Positions 12,831-25,199 of a stretch of 64,000 nt of DNA are shown here, piece after piece. How positions within the stretch are numbered: position 1 is the stretch's first letter; the number at the start of each line of letters is the position of its first letter. The notes under the pieces were generated by a model. It had not been told where the DNA came from and made no database searches. It saw only the letters and a program-made list of their open reading frames with translations. The DNA comes from Felis catus (Eukaryota): assembly GCF_018350175.1 (NCBI RefSeq), contig NC_058368.1:128404001-128468000 (forward strand), in the 5' to 3' direction. Both the position numbers and the translations under genes were made by a program.

Positions 12831-14906
12831 CAGCACATCATCAGTGTGTGAGTACCTTAGCTCCTTCCTTGCCAGCAAGACTCCTCGGCTATCTGTTCCA
12901 GCCTCCTTGATACTACCTAGGAAGGCTTGATATTTAGAAGCATGTTCTGGAATTTCTCCACCTTACTGACTCTCCATCTACTTTCAAATCTAACCTGCCT
13001 CTAGATCCTCATCTCCCTCATCTGCTTCCATTATAATCCGGCAGCAGGACGTACTCTGCTAGGAAAGCAGGTGCAAGCAGAGCAGGCAGGGCAGCCCCCG
13101 TCCCACTCTTCTCTGGAGCCCTGGCACACAGCTGCGAGGATCCGAGCTCCAGTCCTGGAAGCTGCACGCGGGCAACAGCTGCCGGCTCTCTCATTAGCTC
13201 ACTCTCAATTCAGGGCACATGCTCCTTAACAAATGCTTTACTTATCTGAATAGATTTCATCTGACAGTAATCTGAGAAATTGGCAAACACCAGTGGTTAA
13301 CTCAGAATACTTCCACTGGGGCAAATGGAAAGCTATGAGTTTCCAGGTGGTAAACAACAGAAGAAAATAGTGCTCCCTTTATGATTCACAAGTATTAGAG
13401 AAAGTGAAGAGAAAATGTACTCTGGCTGTGCACTCAATGTTTTAAAGCGGGACACCTGATTAAATCTTCATCCTGACGTGAAGCATGCTCTGCCAGGGCG
13501 GGGTGGCCGGCTCCTAGAGCATTCTCCCATTTCACTCTTCTGAGGACCCTGAAAGCCTCCTGAGATGCAAGGGATGTTACCCAATGTAAGGTGGTCACAA
13601 GAGAACAGATTGCAAGTTACTCATCCAGAGAATCTTTCAGAAGTGTTCTAACTAAGTTGTGACGGGGTACAAGCAATTACAGTTTCCCAAGAGAAATAAT
13701 CACTTACAAATCCCCAGGGAAGTATGGCATGCAGATCCAGGGCTGGAGTTTCCACTGCCTGATGCTAACAAGCACTACAGTCTCAGAATAAGCTCAAATC
13801 ACCCAAGATCCTAATTAAAAGTTGGATGAGCAAGCCAGAAATAACTGCCAAATGAAGAGACAACTAAATGTCCCATGACAGTCTTGCTATCTAGAAGCTG
13901 GATATTGCCGATGAAACTCCATAAAGAAGTTAATGCTAAATGTGCAGCAGTGTCTGGTCTTAGCCTTGGGGCTGGTGGCAACCCTCACACTGCTCTGTGA
14001 GCTTCCTCAGCAGCTAGTCCACAAAAGAGCCAAACAAATGGTTCAGGGAGGAAATAAACAGGTTTTCCCTGCTCAAAGTCATGGGTCCCAGGGACCCCAA
14101 ACTCCCTTACTAAATGTGTTGTAAGAGCATGCCCAATTTTCTTTTGGAGTAAAAGAAAACAAATGTTAAGGATCCATATTCTCCATTTCTTCTTTTAATC
14201 CCTTTCAGGTTCTCACCCCTTTGGTAGGCCTGTCAGTAACTCAATACTTACTCTTTTCAGGACATGTGCAGCTTCATTCCTCTAATACTCTCCCAGTCCC
14301 TAAAGCTTACTTAGGTAGGTCCCCTCCGCCTCCAGCAGTAAAACAACCTAGCATGTAGTGAGAAGGAAAGTCTGAGTGAGAGACATGCATTTTTCCCTTG
14401 GGTGATCGGGTGGTAAGTGACCAATCACAAAATAGCACTAAAACATGAGCAAAAACATTTGGCGGAAAGCAGACACACATCAGGGAATTCTAGTACAACG
14501 GTTCATACAGGCTCTGAGATCTGCCTAAAGATCAGACCCACTCTGCCGCTAACCCCCTGAATAAATACATTCTCACTGCCAGAGAGGCCCAGCCCAGAGC
14601 TATTTCACCCTTTCCTATTCTCTAGAAGCACTGAGCCACTGTGATCACCCTCCCAGATGTGCAAAAGGCAAGAAAAGATGTCCTTTCTGAAAACTCACTA
14701 CAACAAAACACAGCCCGGGGGCACTCTACAGACCTAAGAACACGGCAACAGGCTTTATTGTGACAACACATTCAGGTCTTCACTCAACAAATCACAAGGA
14801 CGAGCATCACTCCAGTGGACAAGAGAGATTCTTTCACATGAGGCAGTTTCAAGAGACTGACCAGAGCCGCCCGTCCTCCCCCTTAAGGTTTACTTGTCAC
14901 CGTTAC

Positions 14907-15172
14907 CTGTACAAGTGACGATTGTCTTCAAAATCTTCCTGACCCCATTTTCCCTTGATGTCTTCAATAACATGATTCTTAAGGAATTTTTTCAGCAGCT
15001 GGACTGTTTGCTTGCGGGTCACCTCGGGGCCAAAGTTCTGACTGCACCTCAACAGCTCATGCAGCCAATCCACGGCTTCAGCCGCCGTGAAGCAGCGTTC
15101 GTAACTTTTAAAACGACAGCGATGTTTCCGTAAGGGCATCCTAGCGCGAAAAAGCTCAACTGTTTCATTCCA
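14907..15172 (-). CDS. DEPDC1B: DEPDC1B coding exon 2 (266 nt, DEP domain; [28 protein letters not shown]...EDNRHLYR)
   Basis: Polypyrimidine tract plus CAG acceptor ending 15173; AG|GTAACG donor at 14906; translation matches the DEPDC1B DEP domain. Exon 3 not seen in the window. Confidence 0.97.
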
Positions 15173-15946
15173 CTGGGGAAAAAAGGGAGAAAAGCATGTA
15201 GCAATCAACTGGTTTTGTTCAAGTTATTACATCCCAAATATTTAAGATGATGAAGGCAGTTTTTCCACTTAGAAAACCGTCTTAATGACAGCCTCGACTT
15301 TTTTTTATTTACAACCTTCACACTTGAAAGAAAAATAACTTTTAAAATGGTATTTTATATTTTAAAAAACTGTATTTTATTCATTCAATAGGTATTTACT
15401 GGAGATAAGACCAGAAAGTTGTCCCATTATGTGAATTTAATGGATTTTTACATTAATGACAAACATATGATCAAAAAAATTGATAAACCAGAGCCCAATA
15501 TGCCTAATTCACTTCTTGGAGCTCTAATATGATTTTACATCATTAAGCAAATATGTATCATTTATTACATGAAAAGCATCAAATGGAGAGAAGAAAAGGT
15601 AGATGTACAAGATATAGTCCTGATGTCAAAACATGTTTAAAACTCCTGCAAAATATTTCCCTCTTAAAAAAAAAATCTAGACATCCACCCCTTCATCCGC
15701 CTTCCCTAAATTAAATGAAATGTTCACATAAGGTATCCTTCCTACATAATTATACCAATTTCTTTTTAGGACTCTAGGCTTCCTGCCAGTACTCCTAAAA
15801 GTATTAAAACCTCACGGTCTTACTCTCCTAACCACTGTCCCTTCTCCCACTCTTCTCTTTCTGTATCACTGCACAAAGTGAATTTTTACTTTTCACCTCC
15901 TTTCCCATTGAAATCAGAAAATCTTTTTCTAATAATTATAGTTGGG

Positions 15947-16150
15947 TTTTTTTTTGTTTGTTTGTTTTTTTAGAAAGACAGAGAGAGAGCATGAGTGGGG
16001 GAGAGGGGTAGAGGGAGCCAGAGAGTATCTTAAGAATCTTAAGCAGACTCCACGCTCAGGGCGGAGCCCAACAAGGGGCCTGATCCCATAACCCTGGAAT
16101 CATGACCTGAGCTGAAATCAAGAGTTGGAATGAGCCACCCAGGCACCCCC
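15947..16150 (-). mobile_element. CanSINE
   Basis: Reverse SINE body ending CCCAGGCACCCC. Confidence 0.88.
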
Positions 16151-16649
16151 AGGGTAATCTCTTACAACAAATTTGGGGCTCAAACTATCCTAGGGCTAGA
16201 AAGAAATTGGGGCAAAACCAAGACCCAAGGAAGATGTGCAAAATGGCACATCTCCCTCAGGCAGTTAGTCTCAGAATATAATCTGAAATCTGTTCTGTGG
16301 TTTCCTCATTAAGTGGTCATTTCATTATAGCACCTATAGCTATAAATATAAACATACTTTTAAACAATATCCACATATTTTTAACCATTGTTGTTGTTTA
16401 TTCTCTGACACCTAGCCTTCACGTTAGTCCTGATCAAGCATATTGGGAGTGGGAAGAGTTAATAAAAAAGATTTGCATTTATTTTAGGTTGACTGAATTA
16501 TCATAATCATTATCAGTTAAACTTAATACATCGTACTTTATACATTACTTAATAAATGTAATGGAGACATGGGTTCCTGGGATCCAATATTTCAAAACAG
16601 AAGTAAACATGCCTATTAATTGACTCAATCTGGTAAGCAGTTCCTCTAT

Positions 16650-18100
16650 TTATTTTAATTAGGTAAGTAATAATATACACTGTAACAAATTAAATGCAGA
16701 AGTGTATACAATAGAGCCTGCCCAGTCTCTCTCCAATCCCACATACCTATCAAACATATGCACATATATATAGATTTTTCCTTTTTTATATATGTGTGTT
16801 ATTTATTATTACTGCTGTTGTTTGCTTCCTTTTTAAAGAAATATGATCAATCCTATTGCACACATTACCCAACTTGTTTTTGCACTGAACATAGCATGGA
16901 TGTCTTTCCATATGAATACCTGTAGATCCAGCCCATTCTTATGAATAAGTTGTTGTTTCAATGAGTATTGTGGTTTCAATGAGTTGTTACTCATTTTTAT
17001 GAATAAGTTGTTGTTTCAATGAGTTGTTGTTTCAATGAGTACTCAAATAATGAGTATTTGTTGTTTCAAAATATTCTTATTTTAAAAACCTAAAGGACCA
17101 ATGTTTTTATTTATTTTTGTTAGAATGGATTTCTAGAGAGGATCAGCATATTTAAATCAGATGTAACAATTTAGAGTGATACCAGCAGCGTATGCGCATC
17201 CTACCTTACCTTTGTCCATCACTAGATGTTACTATCATCTAGATGTTACTGTTTCTGCCAATCTGCGTTCAAGAAATGGTATCGCTTAAATTTTGTTTGC
17301 ATGTTGCTCTTCATCTTTAGTAATTTTCATTTACTCATCTGAGACTTGACATTTTTCTACTGGGTAGTCTCTTAATTTTTTTTAAATGTTTACATCTAGC
17401 ATTTAAGTCAAAGCGCAAAGAAGTCAGGAAAGTTAGTCTATTTTGCTCAGTTCTGTATCCCCACAACTGAAGGCAGTGTACATGTATTTAATAAAGGTGT
17501 ATTGAATTAAAAAACATGGAATATTAATCTTTTTTAAAATATATTAGGAATGTTTTCTCCTGGCTTATCAATTTGTTTATGTAGTCTCTAGCTACATGAA
17601 GGTTTTATTGTTGATGATGATATTTTAATGAAACAAATATATCTTCTTTTTCTTTATAGCTTCAGGGTTTTCCCCTTTAGGGGAAGTAAGTTGGACATTT
17701 TCCCATCCTGATGTATTAAAAGTATTCATCAAAGTCTTCTAATATTTTAGAGTGATTTTTTTTTTTTTTTTACTGTTTGAATCTACAACTGGAATTTTTT
17801 ATGGGAGGAGGAAGAATACCCTTTTTTCAATGAATTGAAATAGTAAATTACCTTACATAGTATCTTTCTTGATTCTGTTCTGAATCAAGATCTGAACTCT
17901 TTTTTATCCCACTGTGCTACTTGTGTTTTCCTGTGCTATACTATACCACAGGAAATTACAATTAATTAATTATAATTAATTAATTGTGATTACAATCAAT
18001 TAATACTAAGTTTAAATTTCTGGTAGGTCAAGGTCACCTACAGTCTTTTTTTTTCCAAAAAAAATTTTTTGAACATACTTTTACTATTCTGTATGAGCTT
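16650..18100 (-). mobile_element. Very old L1ME-like fragment
   Basis: Weak similarity to L1 3' regions; T-rich. Confidence 0.45.
16939..17069. repeat. Complex imperfect tandem repeat (unit ~TGTTGTTTCAATGAGT)
   Basis: Five full or partial copies, with a 28-nt exact duplication at 16939-16966 and 16997-17024. Confidence 0.85.
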
Positions 18101-19268
18101 TTCATTCAACGCATTTTCCACAGAGAAAAAAACAATTCATTATGATAACATTTTTACTGACTCTGTGGACAGCTGGTTTTCATTATGCACTAGAAATTTG
18201 CTAATAAGACATATTTATCAAACATAAATTATAAAAAGAACTTTTAATTTATGTTGCTTTTTAATGGCATTTATCATTATGGATTATATTTACTTAATCC
18301 ATGAAACGCTTTAGAATTCTAAAACCTAGTGAGAACCATGATTTCTGTTCCCACTTATTTCCAAAACTAATAATGTTGCTATTTCGTTACTCTGTAAAAC
18401 AAAGAATTAAGTTCTGCGTAAAACAAGTTACAATTCTCAGTCACACTTAGAAGGAAAATAACCTACATCAACAAAGAACACGGCAGAGCTTCAGAATGTG
18501 ATTTTGTTCTACAACATATTACATTTGAAGAGATAATCTTTATAGCAAAGGGGATAAAAAAGATTTCTTTGTGATTAAAAGACTTTTTTTGTTTTACTTA
18601 TTTATCCCTTAAACTAGGGATCTGAAATAAGGAATCAAACAATTGTTTTTGTTTCACATCATGAGCCAAACTACAAAATACAGCACTGAGTGTTGAAATG
18701 TGCTTCCTGTTCTTTTCTCTAGGATATTTATTCTATTTCCTTCCTTCTTAGTACCAAAAATATTGTGATAATGGCGCTACAATGATATAGCACCTGGGAG
18801 CAGAGACAACCAAACTCTAGATCTAGTTGTACTTGCCGCGTACTAACAAGACAGGCCTAATCGAGTCAGTTCACCCCTTTAGGTCTCAACAGAATGGCGG
18901 GACTGGACTAGACAATCATTCACATCCATTCTAGTTCTCAGATTCAATGACAGCTGTGTTTTAAAGTTTAACAGTTGCTTCAAATGCTATAAATAACTCA
19001 GAATTAAGTTCAAAGAAAGAATCCATAGATAATAGAGGAGTTTTTAAAAAGCTATTTTCTTTCTCCTCATTATTTCTATTAAAATGATCAACTATGGTTG
19101 CCCCTTAAACAACGGGTTTGAAATACGTGGGTCCACTTATACACATTTTGGTCTATAAATACAGTACAGCACTGTAAACGTATCTTCTCTTCCTTATGAC
19201 TTTCTTAGTAACTTTTTTCTCTAGCTCATTCTAAGAATGCAGTATATAATACATAAACATACACAATA

Positions 19269-20115
19269 CAGTAAAACCCAGATTACAAGTAACTTGCTCT
19301 GCAAGTGTTCCACAAGATGAGCAAACATTTCTAATAAATTTAAACGAGAGGTGTCTTGCAATATGAGTTGCACGTGACGCCAAACATCATATGATCACAA
19401 CTGACCCAATGGTTCTTCTCTCTCTCTCTCTCTGTGGGATTGTGGGTGATCATCTCCCATGCTCAGACACTCGGTCTCAGGCCACGGTGATTAGCAGAAA
19501 TCAATGATTTTTTAGAACGCTGGAAGGTGCCCACAACTGGCACCAGTGTATTTTTTGTCACTTCAAAGAACCTATGGACGGTCCTTTGCTTTTCCATACA
19601 AGAGTAAGCTTAGGAATGCTTTGCTTCATTCTAGGTGAGGCTGCCTGCAGATACAGACCCTATCCTCTGCTGCCTTATTGCCAGTCTCATTAAACACAGT
19701 ATATGACAAGAGCTTATTAATACTGGACTGTAGTGAACATCGATGTGAGTGTATACAATGGCCCCTATGCAGAAAAAAATTCCATTGAGCCAATAGATAG
19801 CAGTGATTCCATTAATGACAGTGAAAGTCGTCCTACACCATAACCTTCCTCTCTTGTCCCCCTCACACCAGCCACAAAGGTTTTCAAGGCTAAGTCATGT
19901 TCATTTGTTTATTTTTCTTTATATTTTGCATTTTCTTTATTATTTTGTATTATATTACAGGATTGCCATCATTTTCATATGAATATTTTTGGGTTGTGGA
20001 ATAAATCATCTGAATTTCCATTATTTCTTATGGGGCAATTCGCTTTGATATAAAGTGCTTTGGATTACAAGCAGGTTTCTGGAACAAATTATGCTCGCAA
20101 ACCAAGGTTTTATTG
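19269..20115. mobile_element. Non-autonomous TcMar/Tigger-like DNA transposon, 847 bp
   Basis: TA duplication (19267-68, 20116-17); imperfect TIRs CAGTAAAACC...GGTTTTATTG; no transposase ORF. Confidence 0.8.
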
Positions 20116-20217
20116 TATGTGTTTACTGACTATTTATGTTAGTGGTAAGACTTCTGGTAAATAGTGAGCTGTTAGTACTTAAGTTTTAGGCGAGTCAAAA
20201 GTTACACACAGATTTTC

Positions 20218-20389
20218 TTTTTTTTAAATGTTTATTTTATTTTGGGGGTGCAGGGGAGAGAGGGAGCAGAGAATCTGAAATGGGTTCTGTGCTGACAGCA
20301 GAGTCCAATGTAAGGTTCGAACTCAGGAACCATGAGATCATGACCTAAGCCAAAGTCAGATGCTTCTGACTGAGCCAGTAAACACCCCC
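20218..20389 (-). mobile_element. CanSINE nested in the Tigger MITE
   Basis: SINE body; short TSD attttc. Confidence 0.85.
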
Positions 20390-22319
20390 AATTTTCAAAT
20401 GCACATGGGTGGGCACTCCTAACCTCCATACTGTTTAAGGGTAAACTGTATTTGTATGTGGGTTACAAAAGTGAAAGCTATTTCAAAGAAGATGAGTAAG
20501 TTGCTAATCAACTTCCACATTCATCATGTAATGACTTAGAATCTGTCATCTGATTTTTGGCATAAAAAATTCACCAAATCCATAAAACGTTATTTTCAGA
20601 TAAGACTTTGATGCTTTAGGAAATGAAGCTGTACATGGTACAGCAAGGCATCAAAGGAGGAAGTAATGGTCTGCTCTTGGAATGCCAACAGATTTTCCCA
20701 AGCTTTTCCTGAAGATTGGGTTGAGGGTGATGCTGGGAGAAGGGGAAAATGATAAGTGGGGAGAGGGAGATGGAAAGGGGAGCTGGGATAAATAAGAGAG
20801 GACTGGTCACAAACTTCATGATGTACCTGCTAAGAGGTGTAAGACACAAGTGAATTATGCTTGGGGAAACATACATTTTATAATGAGGGAGAAAGCACCT
20901 GTAACGATGACTGAGATTACTGATAAATCAGAAAGTCTCACTTTTTAAAAAAATTTTGCTAATGTTTTTTGGGCTTTCAAAATCTTAGTTTAGGATCAAG
21001 GATCTCAAACAGAATAAAGCTGACAAATGAACTGACTACCTGGGAAATTCTGGTAAAATTGAGGTGCTTTCATTAATGATTCGCATAATTTTCTGCTTAA
21101 CTTGATCAGGCTTGGCTAAACTTGACCTGTATATCACTCCTTGGGGGATGACAGCCTCTGGAGGACAAAGAACACATTCCTTTATAAATTCCTTTGATAA
21201 TAGTTTAATGTGACTCAGAATGAAGCGGTGTCTTGTTACATAGGTACTCTGCATCCAAGAAAAGTAGTGATTCATACAATTCAGTGAATGAGATTAAAAA
21301 CAGTTCCAATTCTGATGTAACTTGTTTTAGTCTAAAGCAGGAAGGATGAAAACTAGTTACTCCAAGATCCTGAGCCTCTCTGTTTCCCTTGCTAACTACT
21401 GTGAATAAACTGGGGAGAGAGGGATGTGTCTTTTCCCTCCACAAAGGACAGTAAACTTTTTCAAAGTTCCTGATGAAGCACAATCTATATCTCATTCCTA
21501 AAGATGGACCTACTAATAGCCCCGACCCCAGATGGTTTCAAATGGTAGAAGCAATTGTGAAGTGGAAGCAGATATGAAAACACGATTTTTTTAAACCCTT
21601 ATTTGTTCTCTGTCAGCACCATCCACACCTCTAAGAGGCTAGCCCAATGGAAATTCTAAATTTATATTTGCTGAATTTTTTTTAATGAATGAATCATTAT
21701 GAATGCCTGTAACAAACAGATTGTTTGCAAGGATGAGTGCAATAATTCCTCCCGTGCTGTTCCTACCTTTTCCTGGATATCCGTTAGGTGGCAGAGAACA
21801 ATGAAACGAATTCCCAAGTTAGACGTGGCCAGAAGTGGTAACAGACCAAGGAGCGATGTCCTTCCTGCCAAATTATCAGCAGGCTTTCATACAAAGCTTC
21901 TAAAAACCTGCCAGTGACATTGACAAATTGTCACCACTTACTCCATTACAGTAATCCTCTGAAACGCAAAGCACTAAAATTACTTGCTCCAGGTCACAAA
22001 GAAATCAACTACACCTAAGAGCCCTGAACACCAAAGTTCTTCTCCCAGAAGAAAAGACAGCACCCGGGACCATCAGGGGCTGCAAAGTCCCTTTCACATC
22101 CATTCGGGTCAACCGCTGATTTAGGTCGGTGCTGCCAGAACCAGAAACGCTGGGAGCCAGAAAAGCGGCTAAGACCCACCACCATCCCGGGGGCACCGTT
22201 AGAAAGAACCGCAAGTGTCACCACACGAGACACTCAAGACGGAGACACGCCCTGCCTGGATTGCGGCAAAGGGTGAGTGTTAGAAAGGGGGGGTGGCCGT
22301 GAGGTTACGGACTAGGTGG

Positions 22320-23050
22320 GTCCTTCCTCTCCCGGCAGCAGGCGTTCGGCGTTCGATTCCAGAGGACAAAGGGGGTGGGGGGTAGGGTCACCCTAGTGTT
22401 TCGGATGCTTTATATCGGAAGGCGTCACTTACTGCCGAGAACTAGGCCGACGGCTGGGGACGAAGCTGCACGCACCCCAACGACGTGCTGAGCTCCAGAC
22501 CCGGTAAGCCTTTCCTAGCGCACCGTCCGGAAAACGGCCGGTTTTCCGGTGGGGCCCGTCCGCACCGGCCGAAATTTGTCCCGCCTCCAAACCCGGGCCC
22601 CGCCAGCCCTGTAGAGGGGAGGATTGACCAATACGCGGCCGGCGGCTGCGCCCAGTCCCGGCATGGTCACTCACCAGCTTGGTGGCCCGGTACGGGCCGG
22701 GCCCCACGATGCGGTGCTCCATAGCTGGTAAGCAGTGGCGGCGCCGGCCGCCCCTGCGCGGATCCCTGCAGGCTGGCGGCGCAGCAGTTTGAATCGCGAG
22801 CCTAAGCGCTACAGACGCTGATTGGGCGACACGGAGACACGTGACGGGAACTGAGGGGCGGGGGCGGGGCCCCGACTGGTGGCTGCGTTGGCGTCTCCTG
22901 TGAGCTCAGACAGACTGGGGACCGAGTCGGCTGTCCTCCCTTATCCCACCCGGCTCACGCCAGGATGTGCACTGACCGTGCGGGGTGTCTCTGTTTAGCA
23001 CTGGGGCGAACCTGGCCGACCTCAGACAACGGCATACATACGCTTTCTTT
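22320..23050 (-). promoter_or_regulatory. CpG island and DEPDC1B promoter
   Basis: Only strongly CpG-dense unique segment in the window; spans exon 1; TTTGAA 22788-22793, ATTGG 22821-22825, CACGTG 22838-22843, tandem GC boxes 22855-22870. Confidence 0.9.
22675..22722 (-). CDS. DEPDC1B: DEPDC1B coding exon 1 (48 nt CDS, MEHRIVGPGPYRATKL)
   Basis: ATG at 22722-22720 inside a CpG island; peptide matches the DEPDC1B N-terminus as recalled; followed by GTGAGT donor (22674-22669), phase 0, joins exon 2 in frame. Confidence 0.97.
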
Positions 23051-23273
23051 GGTAGAGGGTCAATAAAGAGTGTATAATTCGGTGATGGAAATCGTGGACT
23101 GTGAACAAATCCGAGTCAGCATTCCATATGTATAGTGAACCTGCAGGTGCTACTAGTAGGATTGGGAGAAGTGGGCAGTGAAATGAAGTGGGGGGGACGG
23201 CATCTACAAGTGGAGGGACACTGAACCCCAAAGAGTGTCGACAGCCCCTAGAAGCAGTAAAGAGCTGGAAACA

Positions 23274-23708
23274 GGAATGACTGCGTGGCTCAATAGGTTA
23301 AGGATCCAACTCTTGCTTTCAGCTCAGGTACTGATCCCAGGATGGTGGAATTGAGCCCCGCATCAGGCTTGTGCTGAGCGTGGAGCCTGCTTAACATTTT
23401 CTTTCTCTCTCCCTCTGCCCCTCTCCCCCGCTGGCTCTCTCTCTCTAAAATAAATAAAATGATGGAAAAGGGGGGGGGGAGGGGAGGCGCGGGGATGGCT
23501 CAGTCAGGTAAGCGTGGGGCTCTTGATCTGAACTCTTGATTTGGGCTCCAGTCAGAATCCCGGGGTCATGGAATAGAGCGCCATGTCCTGCTCTGCGCTG
23601 ACAGCTAAGCCTGTTTGGAATTCTCTCTGCCTCTCTCTGTGCTTACCCCACTCCTGCTCTCGCTCTCTCTTTCTGGCAAAATAAATAAACTTTTTTTAAT
23701 GAAAAAAA
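23274..23708 (+). mobile_element. Two tandem CanSINEs separated by a G run
   Basis: Two heads (~23274, ~23483), two CT tracts and A tails; outer TSD-like aaagagc(t/a)ggaa. Confidence 0.82.
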
Positions 23709-25199
23709 AGAGCAGGAAGAGTGCCAATTCATCTATTTTTTCTTTTGATAGTCTATCCCTTGAATTTGAATTCTATATTTTATATCAGCCTAAGAATTTC
23801 TGTCTTTTGCCAGAGGGCTGTTTTTCCGCTCAGAATTTTCCCCCTTGGAAGTGCTGGTCTGATTTGCTATTGTTAAAGGAAAAATGAGGTCACCACTCTA
23901 TACCTACAACTGGAGTTTAAAGTTCAAATATGAAAAAAAAAAAGTTCATATCTGGTCACCTCAGTGAGTACCCGGGATAAGATCAAACCCCCACTTTCAT
24001 GACACCCCTCCTCCATTTGCTCCTTTAGATATATAGTTAGCTGCATTTTAGAAAGCCCAGAAAAATTCAGAGATGACATGTATGTATTACTTTTATATTC
24101 AGAAAAAACAATACAGATAATATAAAGGTAATCTTTGCCTCCACTGAGTGAATCCTTATCAGAAAGGATTCCAATGAGGCACAAGAGAAAGAAGAAATGT
24201 AACTTCAGAACCTTATCCATTTATCCATCCGGGACTTGTCACCAGCCACTGGGGTTGTGAACTGCGATCTGATACAAAATGTCATGCCCTGCCTCCTGAG
24301 CATTTTCCCAAGAGTCCATCATGAGCCATATACAAGATAATTACTTTTACTGGAAAAACATATTTCAAAATGATCTACATATCAGAGGCCACAGTCTTTG
24401 TGACTGGAGTTTAAATTGGGCTGCTGATAATCTACCGGTCTTTCAGCATCACATAAAAACAATTGGGAAACTGCTGTACATACTCTTCTCTGGCACATTT
24501 AAGTGTGACACCATCAAGATCCTGTAGAAACTTTGACTCAGCCTCAGAACATCTTTATAAGGTACAGTGAGTATTGGCAATTTCACCATCACCAGCTAAC
24601 TTATCACTGGCGTTAGGAAATTCCAGGCTGTGGAGCAAAAAGCAACATAGGCACCAAGTGTATTTAATGTGGGTTTGGAAATTGTGTTTCTCAATCACTG
24701 AGTAGGGAGTGGTTGGGAGCAAGTCCCTCACTGCCCAGAGGGTTCCTGACTGCCGCATTCATTCCTCCTGCTGCCTGAAAGGTCTCCCGGCAGGTTGGAT
24801 GGGTCGTTTTGAAAGAACTCCTCTGCTGAAACCCAAGTCACTCACTGCTTATATTAGACTTGAGCCATTTGGATTATGCTGTAACCCCATTCAGTCATGT
24901 TCCTTGGCATTTAAGCTATCAAGACAGTCCATTTGCTGAGGTTCTTAAAAGTTGCAAAATCTGTGACTTGATTTCCATACTTATTAGTCTGTACTGTCAT
25001 CACTCTACTGGGAAATGTTCCCCCAGAAATTGTATCAATACTATTCACTAATAAGGGCATCATATTCTTTGGGGATATGGGTGGCAAAGAAAGGATAAAA
25101 ATATATGGGAAATGTAAAACCATACTATTTCATTGAAACTGTTAAATAATATTTTTATTTCAGCATTTAAAAAATAAATACCACAAAAATAGAGATTTA

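Larger units (their letters stand above)
19095..20448. mobile_element. Tigger2a-like MITE interrupted by two insertions
   Basis: TA flanks at 19093-94 and 20449-50; degenerate TIRs (TGGTTGCCCCTTAAACA / TGTTTAAGGGTAAACTG); the pieces rejoin to match 1648-1988. Confidence 0.82.

Noticed and set aside
1..14906. Further DEPDC1B exons here, or further ELOVL7 exons in 59603-64000
   Set aside because: No matching peptides seen by eye; the next exons presumably lie outside the window, though a spliced alignment is needed to confirm
15173..15208. N-terminal extension [12 protein letters not shown] of the exon 2 ORF
   Set aside because: It is the intronic polypyrimidine tract with a non-ATG start
16939..17069. 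CRISPR-like repeat array
   Set aside because: Units are mostly adjacent with no regular unique spacers; mammalian context with no cas genes
22429..22674. 97-aa ORF continuing past DEPDC1B exon 1, and the antisense ORF 22485-22724
   Set aside because: Read-through beyond a strong GTGAGT donor in GC-rich, stop-poor sequence; no recognisable protein
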